This document shows positions 53,944 through 63,495 of a stretch of DNA of 64,000 nucleotides, piece after piece. The position numbers and the translations under genes are program-made. Under the pieces are notes generated by a model that was not told the DNA's origin, made no database searches, and saw nothing but the letters and a program-made list of their open reading frames with translations. The stretch's first letter is position 1; every line of letters begins with the position of its first letter. The stretch comes from an uncultured Gammaproteobacteria bacterium (lineage in GTDB: Bacteria; Patescibacteriota; Microgenomatia; UBA8517). The stretch is taken from assembly GCA_964600575.1 (NCBI GenBank), contig CAZRJH010000003.1, forward strand, positions 17,640-81,639, read 5' to 3'.

Positions 53944-54573
53944 ATGAACAAAAAATATTTGTTGATTGGCATCATTGCCCTCCTTCTTTTAATCGGCGGT
54001 TATTTTGTATTTAAAAAATCATCTCCTACAAATTCTCCCGGAAACCAAAATTCTCAAGCGCCTAAATCACTTAAAGACTTATTTACGGCAGGTATTGCGC
54101 AAAAGTGTACTTTTTCTACCGGGGGTGATTCTTCCGCACAAGACGGAACAACTTACATTGCAAACGGCAAGCTAAGGGGTGATTTTGTCACCGACATAGA
54201 CGGAAAAAGCACCCAGACACATATGATTGTTGTTTCCAACACAAGTTACATTTGGATGGATGGTCAGAATACGGGTTTCAAATCAACATTTAACCCTTCA
54301 GATTACGAGGCGGCAGAGTCCGGGGATTCCGGTAAAGATACAACAGCAGGACTTGACTTCAACAAGCAAGCCGACTACAAATGTAGTGCCTGGGTGGTTG
54401 ATGACTCGCTTTTTACACCACCTGTAGATGTTAAATTCAGCGATTTTTCGGAACTCATGAAGCCGGCAGCGGTTACTCCGGGTGAGCCTTCTTCCGGTAC
54501 GCAGTGTTCCGTTTGTGACTCACTCTCGGGTGAGGATAAGACGCAGTGTAGAACGGCACTTAGTTGTAAATAA
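53944..54573 (+). CDS. Secreted/membrane-anchored hypothetical protein (209 aa) with Cys-containing C-terminus
   Basis: N-terminal TM/signal; no motif. Confidence 0.45.
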   Translation: MNKKYLLIGIIALLLLIGGYFVFKKSSPTNSPGNQNSQAPKSLKDLFTAGIAQKCTFSTGGDSSAQDGTTYIANGKLRGDFVTDIDGKSTQTHMIVVSNTSYIWMDGQNTGFKSTFNPSDYEAAESGDSGKDTTAGLDFNKQADYKCSAWVVDDSLFTPPVDVKFSDFSELMKPAAVTPGEPSSGTQCSVCDSLSGEDKTQCRTALSCK

Positions 54574-54577
54574 ATTC

Positions 54578-54886
54578 ATGTTGACAGTAATACTTCTCAT
54601 ACTCGTAGTGTTTTGGTTTTTGGGCTACGGCCCTCTCACGGCACTAAAGATTCCGTTAATTATTCTGGGTAGGGTTAAAATAGATCTTTGGGAAATAATA
54701 ATATTTCTTTTGATAATTTGGATAATAGATCTACTCCCGCAACCTTTGCGTGAAATTGCAATCGTACTTATGATTATTTGGTTGTTGTCTGTTTTTGGAA
54801 TTATTGCAATCCCTATGTTTTCGAATGTAATAGTTATTGCGATCATCGTCGGTTTGGGGATTTATCTGCTTGGTTCAAGACACTGA
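54578..54886 (+). CDS. Small hydrophobic membrane protein (~102 aa)
   Basis: ATG 54578 follows the upstream stop; 3 TM segments; the track ORF begins earlier at 54482. Confidence 0.35.
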   Translation: MLTVILLILVVFWFLGYGPLTALKIPLIILGRVKIDLWEIIIFLLIIWIIDLLPQPLREIAIVLMIIWLLSVFGIIAIPMFSNVIVIAIIVGLGIYLLGSRH

Positions 54887-54912
54887 GTTTCTCCTTGTGC
54901 TAAAATTTCTCA

Positions 54913-56421
54913 ATGTTTAGTTTTCTAAAAAGTAAAAAGTATCTCCTGGCTTTTTCCTTTGTTTTTGCCTTGTTTTTTTTGCGTTTCTTTAATCTAAAAT
55001 CACTCCCGGTCTTTGCGGATGAGGCTATCTATGTCAGGTGGGCGCAGGTTATGAAAGCAGAGGAAACGTTAAGGTTTTTGCCGCTTTCAGACGGTAAACA
55101 ACCCTTTTATATGTGGGCGACAATCCCGGTTTTAAAAATCATCTCCGATCCTTTGGTTGCCGCAAGGTCGTTGTCGATACTTTGCGGCCTAATGTCTATG
55201 ATCGGGGTTGGATATCTTTCACTTTTGTTGTTTAAATCCAAAAGAGCCTCGCTTGCTTCGGTTCTAATGTACTCACTGTCATCTTACACTTTCTTTTTTG
55301 ACAGAATGGCACTTGCCGATTCTATGTTGGCAATGTTTGGTATTTGGACTTTTATTTTTTCATATCTATCAATAAAGACGGAAAGATTAGATTTTTCAAT
55401 GTTGGCGGGGTTTGCTTTAGGGGGTGCATGGTTAACAAAATCTCCTGCTTTATTTTTTGCTTTAATGCTACCCGTCTTTTGGGTGTTCAGCTCATCCTTA
55501 AAAAAACTTCCTAAATCCGTTTTTTTTAGTTTGGTTACTTTAGCAATCGGATATTCGATGTATAACATATTAAGGCTCGGACCGAATTTCCACATGATCG
55601 CCTCCAGAAATTTGGATTATGTTTATCCTTTAAATCATCTTTTGACAAGTCCACAGGACCCTTTTAAAACTTTTTTTAAACAATATTTTGAATGGGTTTT
55701 TGCTATGGGCCCTTGGAGCCTTTTGTTGCTTTCTGTACTCGGTATCGTTACTGCTTTCAAAAAAAACTCTTTAGCTATTGGAGTTTTGTTAATTTGGATA
55801 CTTTTTCCTGTTTTAGTTCAGTCGGAATTTGCAAAAGTTTTTACAGCAAGATATGTGCTCTCCTCTATACCGTTTTTAATTGTACTTGCATCAAGTGCTT
55901 TTGTTACGGATTTAAAAAATCAAAAACTTGTAGCTTACCTCATCCTTGCGACAGGAGGTGTTTTTAGTTTGGTTTTTAATTTGAAATTAATATTTAATCC
56001 CGCAACTGCAAATCTACCGTCCGGAGAAAGGTCCGGTTATCTGGAGGAATGGTCGGCCGGACAAGGTATATTCGAAGTGTCGCGTTTAATAAGAACAGAA
56101 CAGCTTGCAAATCCGGAACAAAAGATAGTAGTAGGAACAGAAGGTTATTTTGGAACACTTCCCGACGGATTACAGATGTATCTTAACGACCTAAGACAAA
56201 TCACCGTGATCGGTGTAGGCCTTAATTTAGTAGAAGTTCCCACCTCATTGGTTGAGTCTAAAAAATTCGGCAACAAAACATTTTTGGTTATCAATAACGA
56301 GCGTTTTAAAGGCGACCCCGACAAGCTTGGTCTAAAATTAATAAAAGCATATCCCAAAGCTACCCGCGCAAACGGAACACAACAATCACTTTTGTTTTTC
56401 GAGGTTATGCCTCAAAAATGA
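54913..56421 (+). CDS. ArnT/PMT-family (GT83/GT39, GT-C fold) membrane glycosyltransferase
   Basis: First-loop motif PVFADEAIYVRWAQ (DE..Y of ArnT/PMT); 502 aa polytopic. Confidence 0.65.
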   Translation: MFSFLKSKKYLLAFSFVFALFFLRFFNLKSLPVFADEAIYVRWAQVMKAEETLRFLPLSDGKQPFYMWATIPVLKIISDPLVAARSLSILCGLMSMIGVGYLSLLLFKSKRASLASVLMYSLSSYTFFFDRMALADSMLAMFGIWTFIFSYLSIKTERLDFSMLAGFALGGAWLTKSPALFFALMLPVFWVFSSSLKKLPKSVFFSLVTLAIGYSMYNILRLGPNFHMIASRNLDYVYPLNHLLTSPQDPFKTFFKQYFEWVFAMGPWSLLLLSVLGIVTAFKKNSLAIGVLLIWILFPVLVQSEFAKVFTARYVLSSIPFLIVLASSAFVTDLKNQKLVAYLILATGGVFSLVFNLKLIFNPATANLPSGERSGYLEEWSAGQGIFEVSRLIRTEQLANPEQKIVVGTEGYFGTLPDGLQMYLNDLRQITVIGVGLNLVEVPTSLVESKKFGNKTFLVINNERFKGDPDKLGLKLIKAYPKATRANGTQQSLLFFEVMPQK

Positions 56422-56455
56422 TCGGCTAGATCTTTCTAGCCATTGATCCACCTAT

Positions 56456-58189
56456 TTGCTATTATCAGATATGAGTTTTCTGAGAAAGATTACTAACTCC
56501 ACGCACTTTTGGCCCCTCTTAATCGTTGTTGTCTTTGCCGTTTTGGCAGCCAGAACTCTTATTTTTCAGAGCGGTTATTTTAATATGCATGACGATCTTC
56601 AGATGATGAGACAGTTGGAAATGGAAAAGTGCTTTTTAGACGGCCAAATTCCGTGTAGATGGGTTCCCGACATGGGCTATGGTTACGGTTTTCCCTTGTT
56701 CAATTTTTACCCGCCTTTGCCTTATTTGATAGGTCAGGTTTTCCGAATAGTTAATGTTTCATTTATGGATACGGCAAAATATACTTTTGCGCTTTCATTT
56801 GTGGTTTCCGGTATCACAATGTATTTTTTGTCCAAAGATTTTTTTGGCAGATTGGGTGGTGTAATCTCTTCGGCTTTTTATATATGGGCACCTTATCATT
56901 CGGTTGATGTATATGTCAGAGGTGCAATGAACGAAGCGTGGGCCTTGAGTTGGTTTCCGCTGATTTTATGGACCGCCTACCGACTAATTCAAGAAAAGAA
57001 AAAACCATTTACTTGGATGTTAGGGCTTAGTTTTTCCTGGGTGGGGCTCCTTTTGTCACACAACTTAATGGTTATGATATTCACGCCAGTCTTTGCATGT
57101 TGGGTGCTTATGTTTTGGTTAAAAGATAAAAATTTAAAGAAAGTGTTCCAATTTCTATTTTCGGGTGTTTTGGCTCTTTTTTTAGCTGCATTTTTTACTT
57201 TACCTGCTATTTTGGAACAAAAATTTATTCACGTAGATACGCTTACCCAAGGTTACTACGAATATATTGCTCACTTTGCAACAATAGGACAGCTTTTAAC
57301 CTCTCGTTTTTGGGGTTACGGGCCGTCTGTATGGATGGCAGGCGACGGTATGCCTTTTCAGATCGGTCAGGCTCACTGGATTCTATCCCTTATAATTTTG
57401 GGTCTTGCCCTACTCAGTTACTCAAAAGTTAAAAGCAAACCTTACTTTAAAATAATAGTCTTCGGTTTTGCTTTCGGATGGTTCGCGGCGTTTATGGCTC
57501 ACCAAAATTCAACTTTTATATGGCAAAAAATACGGCCTTTGTCATTTGTTCAATTTCCTTGGAGATTCCTCACTTTAGTGATTTTAGGTATGTCGTTAGT
57601 TGCGGGTGGAATAGTCAAACTTATTCCTGAGTACACAAAAAAAGTTGTCGCCGGAATTTTACTATCCGTTCTTTTGATATTAAATTGGAATTACTTTTTG
57701 CCCCAAACCGGTAAAATGGGGCCTTTAACCGATACGGAAAAGTTTTCCGGTGCGGCATGGGATCTTCAAAGAACCGCAGGAATTTTTGACTATCTTCCTA
57801 AAACAGCAAAGGAGAATCCAAAAGACCCTCCAAATTCCGTAGCCGAATATTTTGAATCCAAAGGTGTAGTATCAAATCCCAAAGCGGGTACTAATTGGGC
57901 CAGTTTTGATACAACATCAAGTGAAGATGGTGTAGTAAGAATAAACTTGTTTGAGTTTCCCGATTGGAGAGTAACCATTGACGATAAAGTTGTTGCCGCC
58001 TATTTGGACAATCAGGAAAAATACGGCAGGATGTATCTCAATGTTCCAAAGGGAGATCATAAAATATATCTAAAACTTCAAAATACCGACATACGTACTT
58101 ATTCAAATGTTTTATCGGTTGTAACTTGGGTTTTGGTTGTACCTCTTCTTTACAAGAAGCGAAATGAAATCAATAAAAAATTGGCTTAA
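56456..58189 (+). CDS. Polytopic membrane protein with large C-terminal extracytoplasmic domain; GT-C-like (YfhO-like?)
   Basis: FNMHDDLQ in the first loop; about 12 TM segments then a ~150-aa soluble C-terminal region. Confidence 0.45.
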   Translation: MLLSDMSFLRKITNSTHFWPLLIVVVFAVLAARTLIFQSGYFNMHDDLQMMRQLEMEKCFLDGQIPCRWVPDMGYGYGFPLFNFYPPLPYLIGQVFRIVNVSFMDTAKYTFALSFVVSGITMYFLSKDFFGRLGGVISSAFYIWAPYHSVDVYVRGAMNEAWALSWFPLILWTAYRLIQEKKKPFTWMLGLSFSWVGLLLSHNLMVMIFTPVFACWVLMFWLKDKNLKKVFQFLFSGVLALFLAAFFTLPAILEQKFIHVDTLTQGYYEYIAHFATIGQLLTSRFWGYGPSVWMAGDGMPFQIGQAHWILSLIILGLALLSYSKVKSKPYFKIIVFGFAFGWFAAFMAHQNSTFIWQKIRPLSFVQFPWRFLTLVILGMSLVAGGIVKLIPEYTKKVVAGILLSVLLILNWNYFLPQTGKMGPLTDTEKFSGAAWDLQRTAGIFDYLPKTAKENPKDPPNSVAEYFESKGVVSNPKAGTNWASFDTTSSEDGVVRINLFEFPDWRVTIDDKVVAAYLDNQEKYGRMYLNVPKGDHKIYLKLQNTDIRTYSNVLSVVTWVLVVPLLYKKRNEINKKLA

Positions 58190-59465
58190 AACTCATACTC
58201 GCGAAGTTGCATTATTTTTTCTACTTTTTGTCGGTTTTGTTGTAAGAATTTATTTGGTGGATAAGGTGGTTGTCGGGGATCTCATGAATTACGCCGAGTG
58301 GGGCGAACACTTGGTAAATAGGGGAGCTTACAACTTATATTTTACAAAAGATTGGTATTACTCCGTTCCTGTATACCCGCCTTTGTCTATTCTTACTTTT
58401 GCAGGGTCATATTGGCTAAACGAACATAGATATGTGTTGGCGGAACTTCATAATATTATTAAATTTCCTCCCGCATTTTTCATTATATATTTTTACAAAT
58501 GGGGTTATATATTTCTACTAAAGTTTTTACCGATAATTTGCGACTTGTTAATTTCGGTTGTTATTTTAAGACTCTCACTTAAGTTGGGATCAGGTTTTAA
58601 AAGAGCTTTTGCAGTCTCGGCTTTTTACTTATTAAATCCGATTACAATTTTTATATCGGGTGCATGGGGTCAAACGGATAGCATTGTGGCACTTTTGGGA
58701 ATACTCTCGTTTTTAAGTTTAGTAGATCGCAAATATCACATATCAATTCCTTTGATGTTTTTGGGGTTATATTTCAAACCCAGTTGGGCAATTCTCGGGA
58801 TTTTTTATTCATTTATTCTTCTTAAATCAAAACCTGATTGGAAAAAGGTAATATTGGGACTTTTTGTCACAGTGATTATTTTTGTAATATCAACAAAACC
58901 TTTTTCGGACGGTAACGTGTTTGCCTACGGCTGGAAACTTTTTAGGGAGCGCTATCCGCTACCGATAGGAATTGACGGCAAAGCTTCAATTTCGGCATTT
59001 AATTTTCAGACAATATTTTTCAAATTGGATATAGATTATTCTCACGAAAAACTTATAGGAATAACTTCGGGTAACTTAGGACTTATTTCTTACATAATTC
59101 TAAATTTGGTTTCCTTTAACATCTACAATAAGTCCGGAAACAAGCTTTTTGGAATGCTTGCAGGCATATTCACAATTGGTTTTGGCAGCTTCCTGTTTAT
59201 GGCAACAATGTTGGAAAGATATTTTTTCCCTGCCTTTATACCTTTGTTTGTTCTATTGGCTGTAAAACCGAAACTTGTTTGGAACTCGGTTGTTATTAAT
59301 GTAATTCTGGCTCTTAACATTCTGTACTCCTTTTACAGAAGAGGGTCGGACGAAATCGGCCGGCCGTTTGTAAACAACAATTTTCTCGTTATACGCATAC
59401 TCTCTGTAGTTCAAACTTTGGCGTTTTTAAACTTCGTAAAAAAGATCTCAACAGGCCGTTCTTAG
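58161..59465 (+). CDS. Polytopic membrane protein, possible GT87/DUF2029-like mannosyltransferase
   Basis: Many TM segments; ATG 58161 (MKSIKNWL) preferred over the upstream track start at 58137. Confidence 0.45.
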   Translation, partial: EMKSIKNWLKTHTREVALFFLLFVGFVVRIYLVDKVVVGDLMNYAEWGEHLVNRGAYNLYFTKDWYYSVPVYPPLSILTFAGSYWLNEHRYVLAELHNIIKFPPAFFIIYFYKWGYIFLLKFLPIICDLLISVVILRLSLKLGSGFKRAFAVSAFYLLNPITIFISGAWGQTDSIVALLGILSFLSLVDRKYHISIPLMFLGLYFKPSWAILGIFYSFILLKSKPDWKKVILGLFVTVIIFVISTKPFSDGNVFAYGWKLFRERYPLPIGIDGKASISAFNFQTIFFKLDIDYSHEKLIGITSGNLGLISYIILNLVSFNIYNKSGNKLFGMLAGIFTIGFGSFLFMATMLERYFFPAFIPLFVLLAVKPKLVWNSVVINVILALNILYSFYRRGSDEIGRPFVNNNFLVIRILSVVQTLAFLNFVKKISTGRS

Positions 59466-59484
59466 CCTCTTTCTGTGCTACAAT

Positions 59485-60978
59485 TTGAGAGTGATTGAGA
59501 CCCAGGACCACCTGGACCCGACCGGCGAAATAACGATCGAAACAGTACGAGAGAGAACCGTAAAAGGAATTGTTGCTTTAACGGGTAGATATTTTGTTCT
59601 TTACCTTATAACCATTTTTGCTCAAGGTTTGTTGGGAGCTTTTTTAACAACAGCTCAGTTTGGTATTTTCGGTATAGTCTCGGCAATCATTAACTTTTTA
59701 GTTTATTTTTCGGATATCGGATTGGCTGCTTCGCTTATACAGAAAAGACAAAAATTAGAGGAAGACGATCTAGCCACAACATTCACCGTCCAGCAGATAC
59801 TGGTGTTTGTTTTGGTTATCTCTCTCTTTTTACTTTCCCCGACTATTAAAAGGGTTTACGGTTTGGATCAGGCTTCTATTTATCTGCTTTACGCTTTGGG
59901 GGCTTCTTTTGTTATGTCTTCTTTAAAAACAATTCCCTCCGTGCTTTTGGAGAGGGGGTTAAGGTTCGAGATATTGGCCATAACAAATATCTTAGAAAAT
60001 CTTATATATAACTTTATTCTGGTTTATTTAGCTTGGAAAGGTTTTGGGATAACTAGCTTTACATTTGCCGTACTGGCAAGGGGTGTTGTTGGTTTAGCAA
60101 CTCTTTATCTTTTTAGACCTTGGAAACCCAAACTAAAAATCTCACGAAAATCGCTAGCGAATCTTCTTAGGTTTGGTATTCCTTATCAAATAAACACTTT
60201 TATTGCCGTTCTAAAAGATGACGGACTAACGATTGTTTTAGGAAAAGTATTGGGTGTTGATGCACTCGGGATTTTGGTTTGGGCCCAAAAATGGATTCAA
60301 ATACCTTTGAGAGTCGTTTTGGACAATGTAACACGGGTAACATTCCCGGCTTTCTCAAGGTTGCAGGACGACAAAAAGAATCTGGAAAGAACAGTTACAA
60401 GATCAATATTTTTTATTACCTTTTTAGTGTTTCCGGCTGTTACTGGAATTGTTATTATTGCACCCGTGCTTTTTGATGCCATTCCTAAATATCATCAATG
60501 GATGCCGGCAGTTATTCCGATGATTTTATTATCTATAAACGTCATTATGGCTTCGGTTTCAACTCAGCTTACCAATCTACTCAACTCGATTGGAAAAATA
60601 AAAGTAACATCGGTGTTTATGGTTATGTGGACGGTGCTTACATGGGCACTTGTGCCATATTTAGCAATTAAATATGGAGTAAACGGGGCTTCTTTTGGGT
60701 ATGCATTGGTAGGATTATCGTCGGTGGTCGTGATATTTATTACCAAAAAATTTGTTGATTTCTCATTATCGGAAAGCATTCTTAGACCGTTTTTGGCAAG
60801 CCTAGCAATGGCGGCGGTGCTTATTGTAATCAGAAACCTTGTACCCCACAATCTTACTAACCTTGGATTGTTGATTGCTGCGGGGGCAACTACATATATA
60901 ATATCTATATTAATTTTAGTAGGACAAAGTTTAATAGAAGATGCAAAAAAAGGAATTAAATCACTCATTACTAAGTAG
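59485..60978 (+). CDS. Wzx-like oligosaccharide flippase (MOP/polysaccharide biosynthesis family)
   Basis: 497 aa, ~12-14 TM, typical PST-family charged-residue pattern. Confidence 0.7.
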   Translation: MRVIETQDHLDPTGEITIETVRERTVKGIVALTGRYFVLYLITIFAQGLLGAFLTTAQFGIFGIVSAIINFLVYFSDIGLAASLIQKRQKLEEDDLATTFTVQQILVFVLVISLFLLSPTIKRVYGLDQASIYLLYALGASFVMSSLKTIPSVLLERGLRFEILAITNILENLIYNFILVYLAWKGFGITSFTFAVLARGVVGLATLYLFRPWKPKLKISRKSLANLLRFGIPYQINTFIAVLKDDGLTIVLGKVLGVDALGILVWAQKWIQIPLRVVLDNVTRVTFPAFSRLQDDKKNLERTVTRSIFFITFLVFPAVTGIVIIAPVLFDAIPKYHQWMPAVIPMILLSINVIMASVSTQLTNLLNSIGKIKVTSVFMVMWTVLTWALVPYLAIKYGVNGASFGYALVGLSSVVVIFITKKFVDFSLSESILRPFLASLAMAAVLIVIRNLVPHNLTNLGLLIAAGATTYIISILILVGQSLIEDAKKGIKSLITK

Positions 60979-61825
60979 CATTTGCCCGATTTGCGGGAAG
61001 AAAGACCTGTCAAAATATTGGGCGATGCCCGGATACGCACTTATGACTTGCAACAGCTGCTCCATGGTATGGGACCCTTTCCCCCCCGATGACGAAAAGG
61101 GCCAATATGATAAGTCTTACTTCGAAAACGATAACCCTAAAGGTGGTTATACCAATTACTTCGAGGGCATGAAAATTAACAAGCGGACTTTTTACGACCG
61201 TCTGAATAAAATCGAAAAACGTTTTGGAAAAGGGAAACTTTTGGATGTAGGTTGTGCCTTGGGCGACTGTTTAACCGAAGCTGTTAAGTTGGGTTGGAAA
61301 GATCCTCAAGGCCTAGAAGTCTCATCGTTTGCTGTAGAAAAAGCCAGAAAGAAAGGGCTAAACGTAAGACGTGGGACATTAGACGATGTTACTTTTAAAC
61401 CCGGAACTTTTGATGTAGTAACTTATCAGGATGTAATAGAACATGTTAAAAATCCTTTAGCGGAGCTTAAAAAGGTCAATAAAATTCTTAAAAAAGACGG
61501 TGTGGTATTTTTGGTTACGCCTGATGTTGGTGGTTTTTGGAAAAAACTCTTGGGATCTTTGTGGTATCACTATAAACCCCGTGAACACATAATGTATTTT
61601 TCCCAAAAAAGCATTGCTCTCGCACTAAAAAAATCGGGATACAAAAATATTGTTACAAAAAGAACATATCATGTTCTAAGTCTGGAGTATATTCTTAGCA
61701 GATTAAGATATTATCTTCCCAACTTTTTCGATTTTCTTCTAAAAATTTCAAAACTTCTGGGAGTTTCGGAAATGTCTTTTAAATCTTACACAGGTGAGAT
61801 AGAGGCTTGGGGTCAAAAAGTATGA
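60941..61825 (+). CDS. Class I SAM-dependent methyltransferase with N-terminal Zn-ribbon
   Basis: CPICG...CNSC zinc ribbon; motif I LLDVGCALGD; motif II/III DVVTYQDVIEH, KDGVVFL. Confidence 0.75.
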   Translation: MQKKELNHSLLSSICPICGKKDLSKYWAMPGYALMTCNSCSMVWDPFPPDDEKGQYDKSYFENDNPKGGYTNYFEGMKINKRTFYDRLNKIEKRFGKGKLLDVGCALGDCLTEAVKLGWKDPQGLEVSSFAVEKARKKGLNVRRGTLDDVTFKPGTFDVVTYQDVIEHVKNPLAELKKVNKILKKDGVVFLVTPDVGGFWKKLLGSLWYHYKPREHIMYFSQKSIALALKKSGYKNIVTKRTYHVLSLEYILSRLRYYLPNFFDFLLKISKLLGVSEMSFKSYTGEIEAWGQKV

Positions 61826-63468
61826 AAGATAGATCGGCTAAGTGGTTATTAATCCTTCTCGGAAGTTTTTCCTGGTGTCTAACAATGTTCAAAAGCGGGT
61901 TTCCCGGAAAGTACGGACTCGGTTTTTGGGGTGCAAACGGTCACGACGGAATATGGCATATAGCCCTTTCTTCAACTCTGGCTAAAAGTTCCTTCTCTAT
62001 GCCCGTTTTCTCGGGAGAATTTATTAAAAATTATCATTTGGGTTTTGATTTTTTAATGGCAATAATACACAACTTAAGCGGCATATCTTTCCTTGATATA
62101 TATTTTAGAGTTATTCCTTTGTTGCTATCAGTTCTTCTTGGACTTATTACATACAAATTTGTTTTTGAATGGTCGGGGAGTTCCAAGTCGGCTTTATGGT
62201 CACTTTTCTTTGTTTATTTCGGCGGCGGTTTTGCGTTTTTGCTGGGGAAAGGTGAGTCAACATTTTGGTCGCAACAGGCAATCTCAACACTTATTAATCC
62301 CCCGTTTGCGCTATCACTGCTCCTCATTATTTTGGGAATGATTCTTGTCAGAAAGGCGTATTTAAGGCCTAGCCTGGTTAATCTAGTATTACCCGTTTTG
62401 GTTTTTGGGACGCTGATAGAAGTTAAAGCTTATGCTGGCTTACTTTCTTTAGTAGCCCTTTTTGCAGCGGGAGGATATGCCTACATCAAAGATAAAAACA
62501 AAAGCCCTCTTTTGATTGCGTTGGGATCAATGCTTCTTAGCTTAATATTGTTAAAAATTGCGAACTTTGAATCTTCGGGTGTTTTTATTTGGCAACCGTT
62601 TTGGTTTTTAGAATCTATGTTGGGCCTATCCGACAGGTTAGATTGGCAACGGTTTTATTCGGCCGTCTCAACTTATAAATCCGGACATATTTTTATAAAG
62701 TTGATACCTGCTTATATTTTTGCATTTGCCATATTCCTGATAGGAAATATGGGCACTAGAGTAACAAGTTTGTTGTATCTTTTAAAAAATCTTAAAAAAT
62801 TTTCCTGGGAACAAATTTTTATCTATACAATACTTTTTGCGGGAATTGCCATTCCAACATTGTTTGTGCAGTCAGGAACCCCTTGGAATTCTATACAGTT
62901 TTTTTATTACTCTTTATTCTTTTCGGCGATTCTGGCCGGTATTTCCATGCAGCACATAAAGCCAAAGTTTTTGTCTGTCTTGATTGTACTTTTAACTATT
63001 CCTACAACTTATCGGGAATTAAAAGTCGTCTATCTTCCACAGAGACCGCCCGCCGTGTTATCTTCGGCCGAACTCGATGCCTTAACTTTTCTAAAAAACC
63101 AACCTGAGGGAATCGTATTAACTTACCCATTTAGCGAAATTGAATCAAAAGAAGCGGAGAAATATCCACCAAGACCTCTCTATTTGTACACATCAACCGC
63201 ATATGTTTCCGCGTTTTCGGAAAAAACAACATATCTAGAAGACACTATAAATTTAAATATCACAGGATTCGACTGGGTAAACCGCAAAAATAAACTAATG
63301 AGTTGGTATACCGAAAATAATCAGGACAAGGCAAGAAAATTTTTAACTGAAAATAATATTAAGTACATTTATTGGGTTAAACCCCAAAGGGCTCTACTTG
63401 GCGAAGGAAATTTGGGACTTTCAAACATCTTTGAAAACAAGACGGTTGTTGTCTACAAAGTCGATTAG
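61807..63468 (+). CDS. Polytopic membrane protein (553 aa), probable glycan-assembly membrane component
   Basis: More than 12 TM segments; WGANGHDGIWH in the first loop; no specific family motif. Confidence 0.45.
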   Translation: MGSKSMKDRSAKWLLILLGSFSWCLTMFKSGFPGKYGLGFWGANGHDGIWHIALSSTLAKSSFSMPVFSGEFIKNYHLGFDFLMAIIHNLSGISFLDIYFRVIPLLLSVLLGLITYKFVFEWSGSSKSALWSLFFVYFGGGFAFLLGKGESTFWSQQAISTLINPPFALSLLLIILGMILVRKAYLRPSLVNLVLPVLVFGTLIEVKAYAGLLSLVALFAAGGYAYIKDKNKSPLLIALGSMLLSLILLKIANFESSGVFIWQPFWFLESMLGLSDRLDWQRFYSAVSTYKSGHIFIKLIPAYIFAFAIFLIGNMGTRVTSLLYLLKNLKKFSWEQIFIYTILFAGIAIPTLFVQSGTPWNSIQFFYYSLFFSAILAGISMQHIKPKFLSVLIVLLTIPTTYRELKVVYLPQRPPAVLSSAELDALTFLKNQPEGIVLTYPFSEIESKEAEKYPPRPLYLYTSTAYVSAFSEKTTYLEDTINLNITGFDWVNRKNKLMSWYTENNQDKARKFLTENNIKYIYWVKPQRALLGEGNLGLSNIFENKTVVVYKVD

Positions 63469-63495
63469 CTTCAGATTTAATGCTACAATTTGGGA